The notes: generated from the sequence alone by a model not told the origin. DNA of 61,892 nt, filler included, from Choristocarpus tenellus KU-1152 (GCA_964200185.2; 11 parts of 11 records of this genome joined end to end with filler, not necessarily neighbours in it), one strand, 5' to 3'; positions 1 to 13,728 are shown, counted from the first letter of the whole stretch. Program-made: numbers and translations.

Positions 1-383
1 TGCATACGTCGGATGGACAATGTAAATGCACTTTTCCTAGTTTTGGTTCAAAAGGACACCCTGGTGTAGACCCCCCCCCCTCCCAGATACTTCGGGCCTG
101 TGTTCCTGCTCTCATGTCTCATAGTGCTGGACAATCTCCCAAAGGTGACTGGTCCACCGTCCACAACCATCTACTCGGTTGCCTATCTTATGATCTAATC
201 CACCTATGGCTATTCATCACCCAATCCTCTGTAGAATTTACGGCTGTACTATTATTTATGATCAAATATGCGCACTGCGCACAACTATTCATTACCCAAT
301 CCTCTACAAAAGTTTCTGCTACACTATCAAAAATATATGGCCAATATGCATATGGCCAATATGCAAAGATCAAGAAAATCTCA

Positions 384-630
384 GAGTCAAAGTATCTTAG
401 AGGGTAGAGCCTGGTCTATTTGGCGATCAAAATCAAAAATTGAAATTTTGGTTATCGTGTTTGTTAGGAAGTGTCAATATCCTTGTTCCAGACACACCTT
501 TTCATAACATACATTTTACCTACCTTGAAACATTTCGAAGTAGGTAAAATATCATAAAGAAACCCGTGGGAAGCCAAGTCCCAAATGGACAAAGAGGGAA
601 AAACTCCTTCCCTCTAAGATACTCTCACTC
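384..630 (+). mobile_element. MITE family A (~250-265 bp), PIF/Harbinger-like
   Basis: TIR GAGTCAAAGTATCTTAGAGGG / CCCTCTAAGATACTCTCACTC; 3-bp TSD TCA on both sides; internal palindrome ATTTTACCTAC...GTAGGTAAAAT. Confidence 0.85.
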
Positions 631-1022
631 TCATCAATCAGACTCTAACACCCCAATCGGGGCAAGGAAGTTCATCCCCCCATTGTTTCTATATCCATTT
701 TTATGATTCACCATGCATAAGAATCTTTCTTCACAAAGCCAGCACTTAGCTGATGATACATATATATGATTGAGCACCAAAAAATACTTACTACTATGCC
801 TACCACTTTAATTAGGCAACACTAAAACTACTCTCTGGTTTGGAGATCATTCCAACTTGTAGATATAATGTCCGCATACTGATATTGTACGGATGAGAAT
901 TCTATGATCCCGTTCTTCAAAAGCTCAATCTCAACCATTAGCCAAAGTGGTACAATCTCATTCACACATCCCTTCCCCGAAGTGGGCACCCCTATGGGGA
1001 AGCTCTGAGTCAGGCTCTGGGA

Positions 1023-1916
1023 TCATGACTTGAAAACGCTCTTCCCACTACTTTTGTGTGATTCCAGTTGCTGTCCACCTCCATGGTGCCAAGACCTGGA
1101 ATGAGAGCTGGGAGCTCTCTCTGCCCCTGGGTGAGGACTAGTGAGTCGTAGCTCAGGCATGATCATGTCTGCTGCAGTGGTGAAGGGCGCACGTATATTT
1201 TGCAGGTGACCACCTTGTGGTGGGTGAGACCGAGGGGAAGATGTGCATGACCTGTAGGGAAGAGGGGAAAATAGATGTCAGAACTGTACTTACACATGAT
1301 AACCACCGCCACATTGTTTGACATACGATTATTTGGTAGTTGCCCTTGAATATTGGGCTCTGAAGGCCCATCACATCGGAAAGGACTCAATTCAACTACG
1401 AAAAAAAAAGCTGCATTTATATTTTGATCTACTACTTACTATGTATGCACCCTTCAATATTTCTCTCGCAAGAAAATAAGGCTCAAATCCACATTTGAAA
1501 AAAGGTTAGTTTTTTGTGGTTGAACAATATTGCACAACCTTGTGCCCACTAGTGCGTCAGGGTGATTGTCCTGGAAACCATCAAGATTTTACAGAGAGCC
1601 GTAGTAACCCAAATCCGAGCTCAACATCATACACTCACCCTCCCTTACCCCAATCCCTACCACAGACGTATCTAACTTCGCCGTGCTTTATTATGCTGAA
1701 AAGCAGGCATATAAAGTACAAACGGGGAGAATCGACCAGGTATATTCCAGAATAGCATCAAAAAAGTTTATAAGTGACCACTTGCCTGTTCTTCGGTCTA
1801 GTATGTGTCTCCACCAACAGGGGTCTGCTGTAGTAGTACTGACCTCTTGCTCCCTGTGCCCAAGTGTGGCAGTCTGCTCCTCTTGTGGAACAATGTTTAT
1901 GAGATATACCTTCTGC
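1023..1916 (-). CDS. Two terminal exons of an unknown gene
   Basis: Exon 1786-1916 (donor AG|GCAAGT) and exon 1023-1251 (polypyrimidine tract + CAG acceptor, 75-codon open frame ending TGA); phase-2 match. No recognisable domain. Confidence 0.4.
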
Positions 1917-2374
1917 CTTAACAGGTTTGGTTTGGCTGTCACGCATAGTATAGGACAGAGTGTTGATACGGCAGGCAATGCGTATGTGTATGATAGACTG
2001 TATGTGTGTTTTTCTTTCTTGTCTCACTCTTCTCACTGGATTACATTTTTGGGCCTATGCCTGTGTGTATGTACACGAGTGTGCATGCGTGTTTGTGTGT
2101 GCATCTGGAGTGAACTTCACATTTCATTGATGGAATGTTGGAGAAGAGAAAATCTAAGCAGTGCAGTAAAAAATATCTCAAGTAATCCTTATTGTTACGG
2201 TAGAACATCAGTAGACGGGCAGTCAAACAAGCTTCTCAAGGTAATAACAAACTCTTCTTCAATTGAATGTAACATATTAAATTATATTTTCCTCAAATTT
2301 TGTAGAGGGATCATCCTGATCCGAGGTCAGAGATATCACACACACCACTGTAGTACTTCTCATACTATCTACTG

Positions 2375-2697
2375 ACTGTCACTCTACGACCAATTGTACT
2401 GCCTCCATTCCTGCCTCGTTTCTCATGTATTGGGTTCAGCACTCCCACCACTGGTTTGTCTCCTCCCTCAAATTTTCTTGGGCTGGAGGTACCTCGAAGT
2501 TTCCACCCCAAATTGGGTCCCGAGTCTTTGTGGAATAGCCACAGACATGGTATATTAGGATATGTGATGCAGGTGGACAATCAGTTGTGCTTAAATGCAA
2601 ACCAGAATTTCGTGGATGGAAGCCTAGCGTTGAAAGGTTCCCTATGCAAAGTTCGTGCATGGATCAGGCGCCCAAGTTACTAATGCATGAGGACACC
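2375..2697 (+). repeat. Dispersed repeat; diverged copies at ~3050-3330 (+) and ~6430-6615 (-)
   Basis: Shared TGCCT(C/T)GTTTCTC...GTTCAGCACTCCCAC...GAAGTTTCCACC and CATGAGGAC. Confidence 0.65.
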
Positions 2698-4653
2698 TAC
2701 ATCTTAACCTGGCGGACTGCAAACTACACATGTACAGTTGTAGTGCCTTTTTATGCCCCCTGACATTTTGCATGTGTGTCTGGGATTGGAAAAGACAAAG
2801 ATAAAGACTGCAAAATCTTCTTACACAAGAGTTTTTGTTTCCAAAGTATCGCCAACTTGGAAATTGGCACTTGGTGGAGAGGTACACGACATTTTTCACT
2901 TAACGTGAATGCTACAAGCAATGCTACAAATACCACCAATGGTTTCTCCCTGTCTTAATCCACAACTGACTACACCGAAACCCTGTTTAAAACGCTGGGT
3001 CAAATCCTCCTATTTTAAAATTAGTGCTCTCGGACGATACTTTCCAAAAATCATGAATTTGTTTCTGCCTTGTTTCTCGTGTGTTGTGTTCAGCACTCCC
3101 CACTCCTTGGGTCATTTACTTGACCTGCCTTGAAGTTTCCACCTCGAACTTGGTCCACCACATTTTATGAAATAGTCGCAGACAGTATACAATCCGTTGA
3201 GCTGGCCATGAAGAATTAGAATAATTGTAGAAAACATATTTCCGTAAAAGAAGTCTGGCATCGAAGGGGTTTAAACCCTCGAAATCTATGCATATAAATG
3301 CGACCTTACTGAGCCATGAGGACCCCTTAATGGACCATCGAAGCATTGTAAACATTTGTTTGTCGGGGACAATCTCCCAATCGACATTGAGGTAAAGTTC
3401 TCATAATATAGAGTAAACAATGAATTCAGTGGTCGGAGAGGGTCTTAAGAATTGGGACAGGTCTTTTCACCATTGAATGGTGATCTTTTAGGAAGGGATG
3501 TAATTATGCTGATTTTGGAGCAAACATTTTTTTGGGGAAAGGAACAGCACTTTTTCGACCGATTGTCATCTAGAAGAAGCTTCAAAACAATATACTTGGT
3601 AGTTGTAGATTTAGTAAGCGTTTTCCGACGGAACTTGAGTAATGAACTATGTACTTCCATCTACTTCCAGTTTCACCCACCTTCCTGGTCCGAGCACCAA
3701 ATCTCTTCCGAGCGACCAGTCACCACAACAACAGTGACCAAGCATTTTTGGAACTATTTAAAACTCTTTGATATCTAAATTCAGGGGAAAGAACGGATCT
3801 TGTGGACCAACCGTTTTTTTGAACTGGAACAAGTCTTTCCGTCCCTGAACGTAATTTATTGGATATATGATCATTGTTTTAATTGTTACGGTATCTTTTT
3901 TCGTAAGAGGAACACAATGTTTTGTTAGCTGTTTGGGATCTATTTAGAAGGACCTTTATCTATCACATATAATCTAACACACCATCCACTGGAACAGAGT
4001 GGGGTTGGGTAGAGTAGGACAGTAATATTGTGGAGTATATCTGGATTAGAACAAGAACAGAGTATGCACACGCGCAAAACATGGTGCAAGATTAGCCCTC
4101 ATTTCAGCGAGGTCCCCACCAGTAATAAACCGCAATATGCACCAGAAAATTTCATTTCAGTTCCATATCGCAGAACTTAATGCCCAAAAAAAACAATTTC
4201 TAGGAAGTTTTACCCTGAGTTTCAATGAGCGTCTCTGGTCTCAAAAGATTCTGGTTTGTATACTACATTTTTTTGCCCACTGACATTGTGTGGATGTATT
4301 AGGGGAGGAAATATCAAAATCAAGGCTACCAGACTTTCTACAAGAGTACTATATATTCTATGATATTATGCCCTCTAACATTTTGTCGATTTGTCAGGGA
4401 AGAATCAAAACTACATACATCGTACTATAGCATGCATTTTATTCTTCGACCAAGTCCATCTGTTGGTCTTAGTTCGCCTGATGATCACCCAATACCTCCT
4501 GATGGCTGGCTAGATATCTTTCACACGCCCGATGATTGACCAGAGCATTATGTTCTCGTCCATTCCACTCTCTATTTAGCACTGTCTCCACAGTATGGTA
4601 TGTTGGAAACAACCTTTGCTTATATACTGTCTTCTTCATACGTAAGAGATAGA

Positions 4654-4716
4654 ACCCTCATGGCTGAGTGGTTAGGGCTGTGGCTTCCACTATAAATTTT
4701 GAGGGTTGGACATGCT
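4654..4716 (+). pseudogene. tRNA-like relic or SINE head
   Basis: ACCCTCATGGCTGAGTGGTTAGGGC resembles a tRNA-Ser/Leu 5' end with an A-box; the B-box is degenerate (GGTTGGACAT). Confidence 0.3.
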
Positions 4717-6703
4717 TCAACGCAAGATTTCATACAACAGAAATCTGGTTTTGATTATCCTGTTCTATATGGCAACCCCAATGGATTGTACACCTATACT
4801 CGAATATAGGTGGATCTTCACTAACACTGCACAAGTAGGAGTATAGGGTAAAGTGTATGCTGCTAAGATGCAAGGAAATTAATTGTGGGGTAATTTGATG
4901 ACAAGAAATCGAATGACCATGTCAGAATTTGTCAATGTCATATCCTTCGTTGAGAATTGGAGAGAAATGATTTGATAACACTAAAATCAAGATAAGAGAT
5001 TGTCGGATGGATTCTATTATTGAACTTTTGTGGGCTGCACCTAAAATATACCAACAAGTTGCTTGTTTCAAAGGAATCATGCTGGCAGGTGTTTTTCCAC
5101 ACACCGCATCCCCTCCTAGAACTCGAAACCGATGGCACCCTTAGCAAATGGTATCTGCTTGAAGCCTACAACTAGGTCGTATGCCTCACTGACACGTTGG
5201 TTCTCCTACTTCGCATTTCAACCTTCAAGATACTCATTGTGTGTACTAAGCTGCTGGGCTGCTATCACTTTATCGATCTCTGTCTTTTGGTGCTTACTCC
5301 TTAGCTGCGAAGCATAGTTTGCTTTCCACATAATCTTTCTGGAAGCTCCCCACAAGACCCTTGTGGGCCTCCTTGTCATATCTTACGCTAAGAGCTCCAC
5401 TCATATTGGATACAAGTGGTCACTATAGGCTGGCATACTAGTTCCTAATTACCCACAAGAAGCGTTGATGGGAGCTTTAAACGATTCTCATCTAGAACTC
5501 ATATATGCTCAATTGTGTGCTTGTTCCATCCACATCGAACATTTTGTTCATTCTACCTTTGCTGGGTGCACCCTGGCCCCCACACCACCCTCCACAACCC
5601 AACTTTCAATTTTCGCTGTGCACACTTTTTTTGGTGCTGGCCAGGAAGACCTTTGAACCCCTCAAAATCGACCCTGCTGAAGCCATTGGTGACTAGATCT
5701 TTTCCTTATTCGATTTCTAAAGGTGCAATTTGGATACTTTAAGGCTTGTGGCAGTTCCTCACGTCAAATATTAGGAATATATCCCTTCAATACTGTGTTC
5801 AAGGTATTGTCTTGGCAACTTTTCTGTAGATATACATCAACTTCTATACAAAATTGAGACGCAATTTTACCTCAGATATACCCAGATGTTGAATGCGCAT
5901 GGAATATCATAATGCATATGAAGCCAGTCGTAAGGGTATATTCTTAGGGACTTGTTAGAACTTCTGATGTCATAATTGCTTACAACCCTCGCTACAGCTT
6001 TATTGGTTTATCAAACGGACTAGGGAGGTGCCTAACCCTAACCCTAGTGCTATCTCTGGAAAGCACCCCCTAATCCTTCTGAATATCAAAAAGCTGCATT
6101 GAGGAGTAATAAGCAGCTCAGATGTCGGTAATCGTATCAGATTCCATATTATTCCTCTTTTGGAGAAATTTCATGTATGATACTTTTAAACGCCTCCTAA
6201 CTTGTGGAACACATTTTTTTGTTATTTTCCAGTTCATTGAAATCAGGCCAGTGCACGCATATATATTGTGCGCGCGGAAAAAGCCTGCTGCCCGCGCGTC
6301 TAGAAGTACACCCATTACATTTATGTGATATATTATATACAATATGAGGAAGTATGATGGAAACCCTATACTACCATGTATACTATATAGGTATGAAGGA
6401 TGACCGTATGTATTTAACATCTTAGACTACATTATCCTCTTTGTGACAATACCGCATAATAAAGGCCAGACAAAGATTGGGATGGGAGCTCGAGGCGGGT
6501 CAGAGATTCAAGAGAGGAGATGAAGTGATGAGTAGTGGGAGTGCTGAACACAACGTGCAAGAAGCAAGGCAGGAATGGAGGCAGTACGATAACTGCTAGT
6601 GCAACATTGAGTCTGTACAATTATTGTTATTTATATGTTATTTACTATTTTGATTTATTATTCTATGATTTTAGTAGTAGTAGTAGTATATCATTATTAA
6701 TTA

Positions 6704-7111
6704 TGTCAGGGACAGGTCCTTTTCTTCGGATCTCCGACACACACATTTGTGGATAAGACGCGCGGTCATATACATTTGTGCACGCCAACCACGCCATTGG
6801 AACTAGCCCACACCGACCAGTCCAATAAACCAATCACACCCATAAGATCCAGATGTGACCAAACAGCCAAAATGGACCGTCAGAATGAATAGACATTCCG
6901 ATTCTGACCGATCCATTTCTCTGCCTTGACGTTGCTCAGTCATTCTGGGATATCTGTCGTGTCTTGAGGTTTATGTTCTGTTCTGGATTTCCTCAACTGT
7001 TCTGAGATGTTGGGCCAAGACCTTTGAAACTCGGTCTCATCCTCTGAGGTGGAAGAGTTCAGTCGGGTGATTGTGATTGCCCCCTTTAGCAGAGAACTTG
7101 GCACCTTGACA
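6704..7111. mobile_element. Candidate solo LTR
   Basis: Begins TGTCAGGG and ends CCTTGACA (imperfect inverted termini); internal AATAAA; no TSD found. Confidence 0.3.
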
Positions 7112-7233
7112 CTTCCACAATCACAGTAATATTAGCAATATTATTGGTAGTAGTAGTACAATCAGTAATGGGGTCAAAGTATCTGGGGGGGGGGGGGGTT
7201 CGGCGTCCGTTTTTCACCCTTTTTTCGTTTTTT

Positions 7234-7333
7234 NNNNNNNNNNNNNNNNNNNNNNNNNNNNNNNNNNNNNNNNNNNNTTAATTAATTAANNNNNNNNNNN
7301 NNNNNNNNNNNNNNNNNNNNNNNNNNNNNNNNN
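7234..7333. other. Artificial contig linker (44 N + TTAATTAATTAA + 44 N); identical linkers at 13619-13718, 18264-18363, 24711-24810, 29034-29133, 32202-32301, 35655-35754, 38652-38751, 54371-54470, 58879-58978
   Basis: Ten identical 100-bp blocks with a central six-frame stop palindrome; genes are truncated at these points. Confidence 0.98.
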
Positions 7334-7748
7334 GCCAACCCGGACCCTCCTTCCTTCTTCCCCGCCTTCCTCCAACTCACGAAAAGCTTCCCTATGCCCA
7401 GGCTTGGACCTGTGGAGGTGATTTCTAGGGTTGTTATTTGTCGTTGAATTTTAATTTCCCAATTTGACCTCGAACTTAGAAAGTTTCCATTTGCCACACG
7501 GATGGAGCATGCAGCTAGATGGGGCATTGTCCTCCCCCTGTACAGTCTAAGTCTAAAGAAGCGGCACTTGTTAACCCTCAACCAAGCGGGACCTATCGTT
7601 GCTCACTCCTTCACACAATTTATTTTCTCCTTCTCAGTGGTGAGCTTAACCGTGGGCCCCATCAGGCTCTTGGTCGTCTTCATCCCGCCCTTTGCCTTCC
7701 CTTTCCTTCCCTTGCCTTCCTTCCTCACTTGCATGGCGAGTGTAAACT

Positions 7749-8011
7749 GAACCAAAGTATCTTAATGTGTAGGACCGCGTCCATTTGGGGGCGAAAATCC
7801 AATGTTGCGATTTTGATGAAAAATTGACTACCGTGCTCGTTAGGAAGTATCAATATCCTTGTTCTGGACACAACGTTTCATAACGTACACATTCTATCTA
7901 CTCCGAAAAACTTTGGAGTAGGAAAATGCGATTTAAAAAAAAAAAATAGAAAGCCAAGCCCCAAATGGACAAACAGGGAAAGACTCCTACCCTCTAAGAT
8001 GCCCTTCACTC
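7749..8011 (+). mobile_element. MITE family A copy
   Basis: Same internal sequence (GTTAGGAAGTATCAATATCCTTGTTC, AAGCCAAGCCCCAAATGGACAAAC) and TIRs as 384-630. Confidence 0.85.
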
Positions 8012-8214
8012 TCTATCCAGCCAGTATGTCAATGTCCATACTATGTATTCACCCATGATCATAGTACTTACCCCCACTGTTCTCAGAGTTCCCGGGCACA
8101 CACATGGCTCATTAACTACAGAAGTGTCGAGTGGCGTCGCTCGTGTGCTCCACACACTCCTAAGTAGCCCCCCCCCAACGGATGTCCGCCTCCTTGGATT
8201 TGTATTTGAACCTA

Positions 8215-8399
8215 GACCCAAAGTATCTGGGAGGTGGGGGGGGGGCGTCTACACCAGGATATCCATTTGGGTCAAAATCAGGAAAAAGTGCATTTACAGT
8301 AACCATCCGACGTATGCAACCAAATCACCCAAAAATCACGACATGAAAAATTGAACCCAAATGGACAGAGCCGCCACCCCCTCCCAGATACTTTGAGCC
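8215..8399 (+). mobile_element. MITE family B (185 bp); partial copies at 1-98, 7171-7233, 24811-24849, 29134-29158, 35586-35638, 38559-38651
   Basis: TIR GACCCAAAGTATCTGGGAGG / CCTCCCAGATACTTTGAGCC; TSD CTA/CTA; bases 1-98 are the reverse complement of its left half. Confidence 0.85.
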
Positions 8400-11179
8400 C
8401 TATATTTGTACTTGTATTATTATTTGTATTTATCGCGATTTTATCGAATCCTACCGACTCCGCTACAATTCACGTTAAATCGCTACTGTATTCGTGTTTG
8501 GGAGTAGTTCCTGCGAAGAAAGTGGTTATACATCGTCAGGGGATCCTTTTCGTTGCCATTTCCTGAGAAATACTATCTTGCTGACCGGAAGAAAATAGGC
8601 GCACCTGCACCAAGGAGGTAGTCACCTATTGTAAGTTTAATGACTTGGCTGGCTATTTGAAGTAGCAGGTCCTGCCCTATTCCTGGGGTGGCCGCCAACT
8701 AATTTATCCGGGAAATGCCCGATTTCTGCAACTTGGAAATCGGGGGCTGGTGGCACTCCATGGCCTTACGCTACTTACAGCTGATGGTGCAAGTAACACG
8801 ACAGATATACACTGCCTACGGTTTCTTGTGTCATCATGCTGCACCGCTGACTATGCCACCGTCCTTATCTTTCCACTGTTGTTACAGCTAGAGGTTGCCC
8901 ACAGGAGCACGACCAGGCCTTGCCTTGAAGCACAATGGAATTTAGTAACGTAGCTACAAGAAGTGCAATTTCTTCAATAACCACATGTCATAGAGTACTC
9001 CATAGCACCTAAATGCATGTACCATGTACAGTATACGCATATACTTACATCATATTGATGCCCACTGACATTTCGCGGATGTGTTGGGGGAGGGACAAGA
9101 CAAAGCTCAGCGCTTGGTATAATTTCATACCCACCGACTCCATATATTTTCAGGTACTCCCAATCCTCGAGTACAACTTTTAGAACTATATGAAAAACCG
9201 CATTTTTTGAAGATGATGATGATGGCGAAGAAGAAGAAGAAGAAGAAGACCTAGAAGACGACGAAGATGGCGAAGAAGAAGGGCCACCACTACTAACGTG
9301 CACTCTGGCTGCCTGTACTGTGCTACATACTTGCAGTATATCTATATGGCAAAAAATTGAAACCTACGCCCGTAACGCAAGACTTGGACAACCCGAGATC
9401 GAACGACTCAAGACCAGTACAGACTTTCCAATTTTTTAAAGGAGGAGGTTCACTGGTCACGTACACGCTAAAGTGTAGAGGAATACCTCCTCTCATATTA
9501 ACTATTCCAACCCTTACCCTAGCCCTAACCCTAGACCCAGCCCTCGAGAGAAAAAATACAATATAGAACATAATGCACGATACAGCATAATATGAATGGG
9601 GTGCCCCAATTACCTGGGCACCTGTGTGCCCAATAAAGCCTTTGCCCGTTGAAATGCGAAGGGCATACAATTTTCTCAGGTGGACTACAATCGCCCCATT
9701 TCTGTGGCCAACGGAGTTTGTTGGTGAGGAGTCCAGACAAATATGACTCAAACTGCCATGGGGTCCGCCGCTTGTATTGCATTTTCCAGGAGCTTGGAGA
9801 AGAAGAGTGCAATGCGCTCGTCTGCCAGTATTTTTTCGAAGTTTGTGTGTGCGAATGTGGTGCATTACGACCTCTCTCTTCCCGCACGTGGTCTGTGTTC
9901 TCACTTGCTCGTAGTAATACTAGTACTAGCAGTAGCGGCGATGGTGAGCTCAATCAATGTACGAAAGTGACGTGGCAACACCTAATCATTAACATCTCGG
10001 TGAGATCAGCTATTAGATTGGATGGATATTCAACCAGATGATGCTGCTGATACTGCTGCACGCAGTTGTTGGTTATGTTTTGTGGGTAGTAGCAATACGT
10101 GAATGGCATTATATCTCAGGACTCTTCATTAGGCCGTCAGAGATCACAAACGGATCAAGTCGTGGGCCAGCCTGCGACCAGGTCAAAATACAGATGGGTA
10201 AGAAGACGGAGAAGTCACGATCTGATTCTTACTAGTTTGTTACAAAATATTTCATCCTGAAAAAGACAAAAATACTTACCAACATCGACTCCTTGTGTCC
10301 TTGTCACATGCGTACCATACGCATAACGTGAAATTATTCCTGTCCGTCAATATTTCTGTACGTCTCCAGCACCGGCTGCCATCCTTGCACGCAAGAGGGA
10401 TATTTGTGGTTTCTATGTAGGTCAGATTAGGACTCGTCACCTTGACTTCAAGATAATCTTCCTCGCACGCAAATCTGGAAGAAGTTGTGCCACGCTTCCT
10501 CCTCTCCCTTGTCCCTGTCCTCTCTTGCAGAAGCGCAACCTGCTAGGTATCAAGCCCCACCTGGAGGGGCCTATTTATTCTGTGAAGGACTCCAACAGAT
10601 CTTTTTTGGGTCCCTGTAATATATATATATGTGTGTGTGTGTGTGTGCATGATAAAAACCAAGTAGTAAATTTCCTGTGCGTCCATCCATCTGTCTGTGT
10701 AGGTTATCAGTACCACCTCTATATAGGTATGCTGGGAATATATGCCAGGTTCGGCTCTCTATAGAGGTGTTTTTCCTCTCTCGCTTACATACGGCTTAGC
10801 ACCAACTAAAACCTGTCCGTCCATCCGTTCTGTATATGCCACCACCAGCTCAGTAGAGAGCCAAATCAATTGAAGTAGGTAAGGTTGCATACTACGGATC
10901 CCGAGAAAAGGCAAACAGGCGCCATTTTGTGCAATTGCAAATAGAACCTTTGCTTAATTTCATTTGGTGTCACTTCGCGTGTAGAAAGGGGGAACATCAA
11001 TGTTGCGTGCACTATTGTGCACAGGAAGCAATGGAATAGAGTGTTTTATATAATGTTATAAAGATGGCTTGGGATGCAAAAGGTTCCAAACCTGACTAAC
11101 TCTTTATTGGTTTGGTCACACTTGTTTTTTTCTTTCTGACTTGTTTCAAGTTTGAGTCCTACTATTCATCTCTGCAACC

Positions 11180-11202
11180 TAGGGTTAGGGTTAGGGTTAG
11201 GG
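11180..11202 (+). repeat. Interstitial telomere-type repeat (TTAGGG)n
   Basis: TAGGGTTAGGGTTAGGGTTAGGG. Confidence 0.85.
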
Positions 11203-11909
11203 CTTCTACCTTACCATACAACTTCGTCTATCTGATACCCTTACCCATTTAACTTGCGTCTTCGAAAAATGAAGTACACCAGATACGTAAATATGAAAGG
11301 GTCGTTCGTCAAGATTTTCTATCAAGATGAACTTCTCCAATAAAAACATGATCATTCAAACGAACAATCCTCTACATCTATTCAGTATCCATCGTCTTCT
11401 TTCTTCATCACTCTAAAGACCCTTTGTTGTTGCATCTTCATGACTCACAATGAGCCAAACCATTGGAAAGGTCGGCAGGTTCAGACTATTTTGCATTCTA
11501 GACCATCTTTCTTACCCTGTGCAATACACTCCATTTCATATTTTTTGTGGACAACAGTGTGCTCAAAATTGATATTCCCTGTTTCCGCACACAAAATGAC
11601 ACCACAGTTGAGCAAAGGCTCTTTCTGCGTTTACACAAAATGGTTTTTTTTTCCTTCTCAGCATCCTTCATATGCAACCCTGGCTACCTCTTCTCGGTTG
11701 ATTTGACTCTACCCACAACCAAATAATTTCGACCTCCCCTTGTACGGTAGTCAATGATACACACAAAAGCCACTAAATCCTCGAGACTACAGCTGGAACA
11801 CGGGTACCTCAATTTATCGTTAGTAACGACTCTCACCCCCCCCCCCTCTATCCTGTACCATACACAACATCCCAGAACCGACAGGTGTTGACGCTGTAGC
11901 ATATATCAC

Positions 11910-12166
11910 GAGTCAAATTCAACGAGAGGTAACCATAGTTAAACTTTAAGGACATTGTCAAATACGTACAAATTCAGCTTTTAAAATAAATGTGAACAGA
12001 ACATTGTGTGATGTATATCGGAACTGTTTCAAACAATACAGAAATAAACGCTCAACTGAAAATTAGAACTTCATCCATAGAAATATGGGTAGATTACAAA
12101 ATATTGAAAATCAGACTTGAAATGCAAATCGGCCAAAGCCTGGTTAACTCTCGTTTACTTTGACTC
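11910..12166 (+). mobile_element. MITE family C (~257 bp)
   Basis: TIR GAGTCAAATTCAACGAGAGGTAACC / GGTTAACTCTCGTTTACTTTGACTC; homologous to 27302-27558. Confidence 0.8.
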
Positions 12167-13403
12167 CATGTTGTCTTTAGATCGAAACTTCGTATGCAGG
12201 AGTAGCAGGTACAGCTCTTACGCATGCCAGATTTTGAAGCATCGTCTCTACTTCATCATGGAAAGACACAAGCAGTTGCACCACACTATCTCCTCTCCCC
12301 TGTCCCTCTGTCGTAGATGTGCAACCCCTGAGAGTGGCCTATTCATGTACAATGTCGTGATACTGCTATGCACATACTACATAACTCACATACACACCAA
12401 GGTGCAGAGCTAGTTCTATTCTTCCGTGTCTGCGGTCACCGAAGTTGCCAGCAGCTTACCTACATCGAGTGTAAATGCATTTCAATTCAATCAAGCGCAG
12501 GGGGGACACCACGACATGCATGTATCTACCATTCACCCGTGTGCATGATACAAGAAAACAACTAAAATGAAACTTGCTTGACAAACAACCGTGGCATGGT
12601 AGCTACGGAAAACATTCAACACAAACAAAAAATATAGAACATAGTTCAGACACATTACTTGCATCTTACCTTTTGTGCATCACCACTGCAGTCATATTGA
12701 GCACTCTGTAGCCCAACAAAGCATTCTGGAATAGTAGTGCGTATTATATGTGCTGTGTGATACCAAACACACAAAGGTACACAAAACACAAGCATGTCTA
12801 CGGTACCCACATGTATTACTAAGAACGCAACCGACAAAATTGATCAACAGTGATTGTCCCTCCTCCCCTCGGGTCAAACCACCCAGAATGTCATGCCGCT
12901 GCAACAAGATTTCATCCATCCCGTACCCTCATCGCATCTCACACAGCAAGAGTAGGAATTTCAAAATTGACGTCACCATTTCCGAAGATTCAATGCCATG
13001 TACTACAAACAACAAAGTAGAAGGTGTGTTTGTTCAAGTCTTCCATGCCATGTTGACACAAAATTTCCCACGTTCTTCATCCTCCGCAGCGAGTGCATTT
13101 TGAAAGATGCGAATGGATTTCAATATTGATTTTTTTTTTCTGTTTCTTCCTCCCTCCTCCTCGTGGCGACTCCAATCTAAAGCACCTCTGGTAATCTCAT
13201 CCTCGTGTTTCTTGAGATCAGAGCCACAAACCGACACTTTTGTCTGTATATGTTGAGACATTAGTCTTGTGTATTGTATTTGTTTGCGTTGATGGTTGTG
13301 GAGGGGGAGAGTCTTGCTACGACACTCCCTATATTGATGATATTGCAAGCCATTTGTCTATATTTGTTTGTGTGTTCATAGTTCCTAGGGAGGGTAAGCC
13401 TTT

Positions 13404-13618
13404 GAGCAAAAGTGTCTTGGAGGGTAGAACAGTGTCCATTTTGGGGCCAAAATTCAATGTTGCAATTTTGATGTAATTTTGGCTATCGTGTTTCTTAGGA
13501 AGTGTCAATATCTTTGTTACGGACGCACCCCTTCATAACGTATACAATTGAGCCAAAGTATCTTAGAGGGTAGAGCCTCGTCCATTTGGGGGTCAAAATA
13601 CAATGTTGTGATTTTGAT
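13404..13618 (+). mobile_element. Two MITE family A copies, the second (from 13550) nested in the first; truncated by contig end
   Basis: A left TIR at 13404 and again at 13550 (GAGCCAAAGTATCTTAGAGGGTAGA), interrupting the first copy. Confidence 0.8.
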
Positions 13619-13728
13619 NNNNNNNNNNNNNNNNNNNNNNNNNNNNNNNNNNNNNNNNNNNNTTAATTAATTAANNNNNNNNNNNNNNNNNNNNNNNNNN
13701 NNNNNNNNNNNNNNNNNNGGGGGGGGGG

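Noticed and set aside
211-365. 75-bp and 14-bp local duplications as coding repeats
   Set aside because: Only two units each, with no supporting gene structure.
5120-5170. GFKQIPFAKGAI (minus strand) as a Harbinger 'GAIDG' motif
   Set aside because: The catalytic Asp is absent and no further DDE motifs were found.
7278-7289. TTAATTAATTAA recurring between N runs as a biological repeat
   Set aside because: Artificial six-frame stop linker.
9323-10041. Overlapping 130-193 aa ORFs on both strands
   Set aside because: No recognisable motif; they cross telomere-like and microsatellite tracts.
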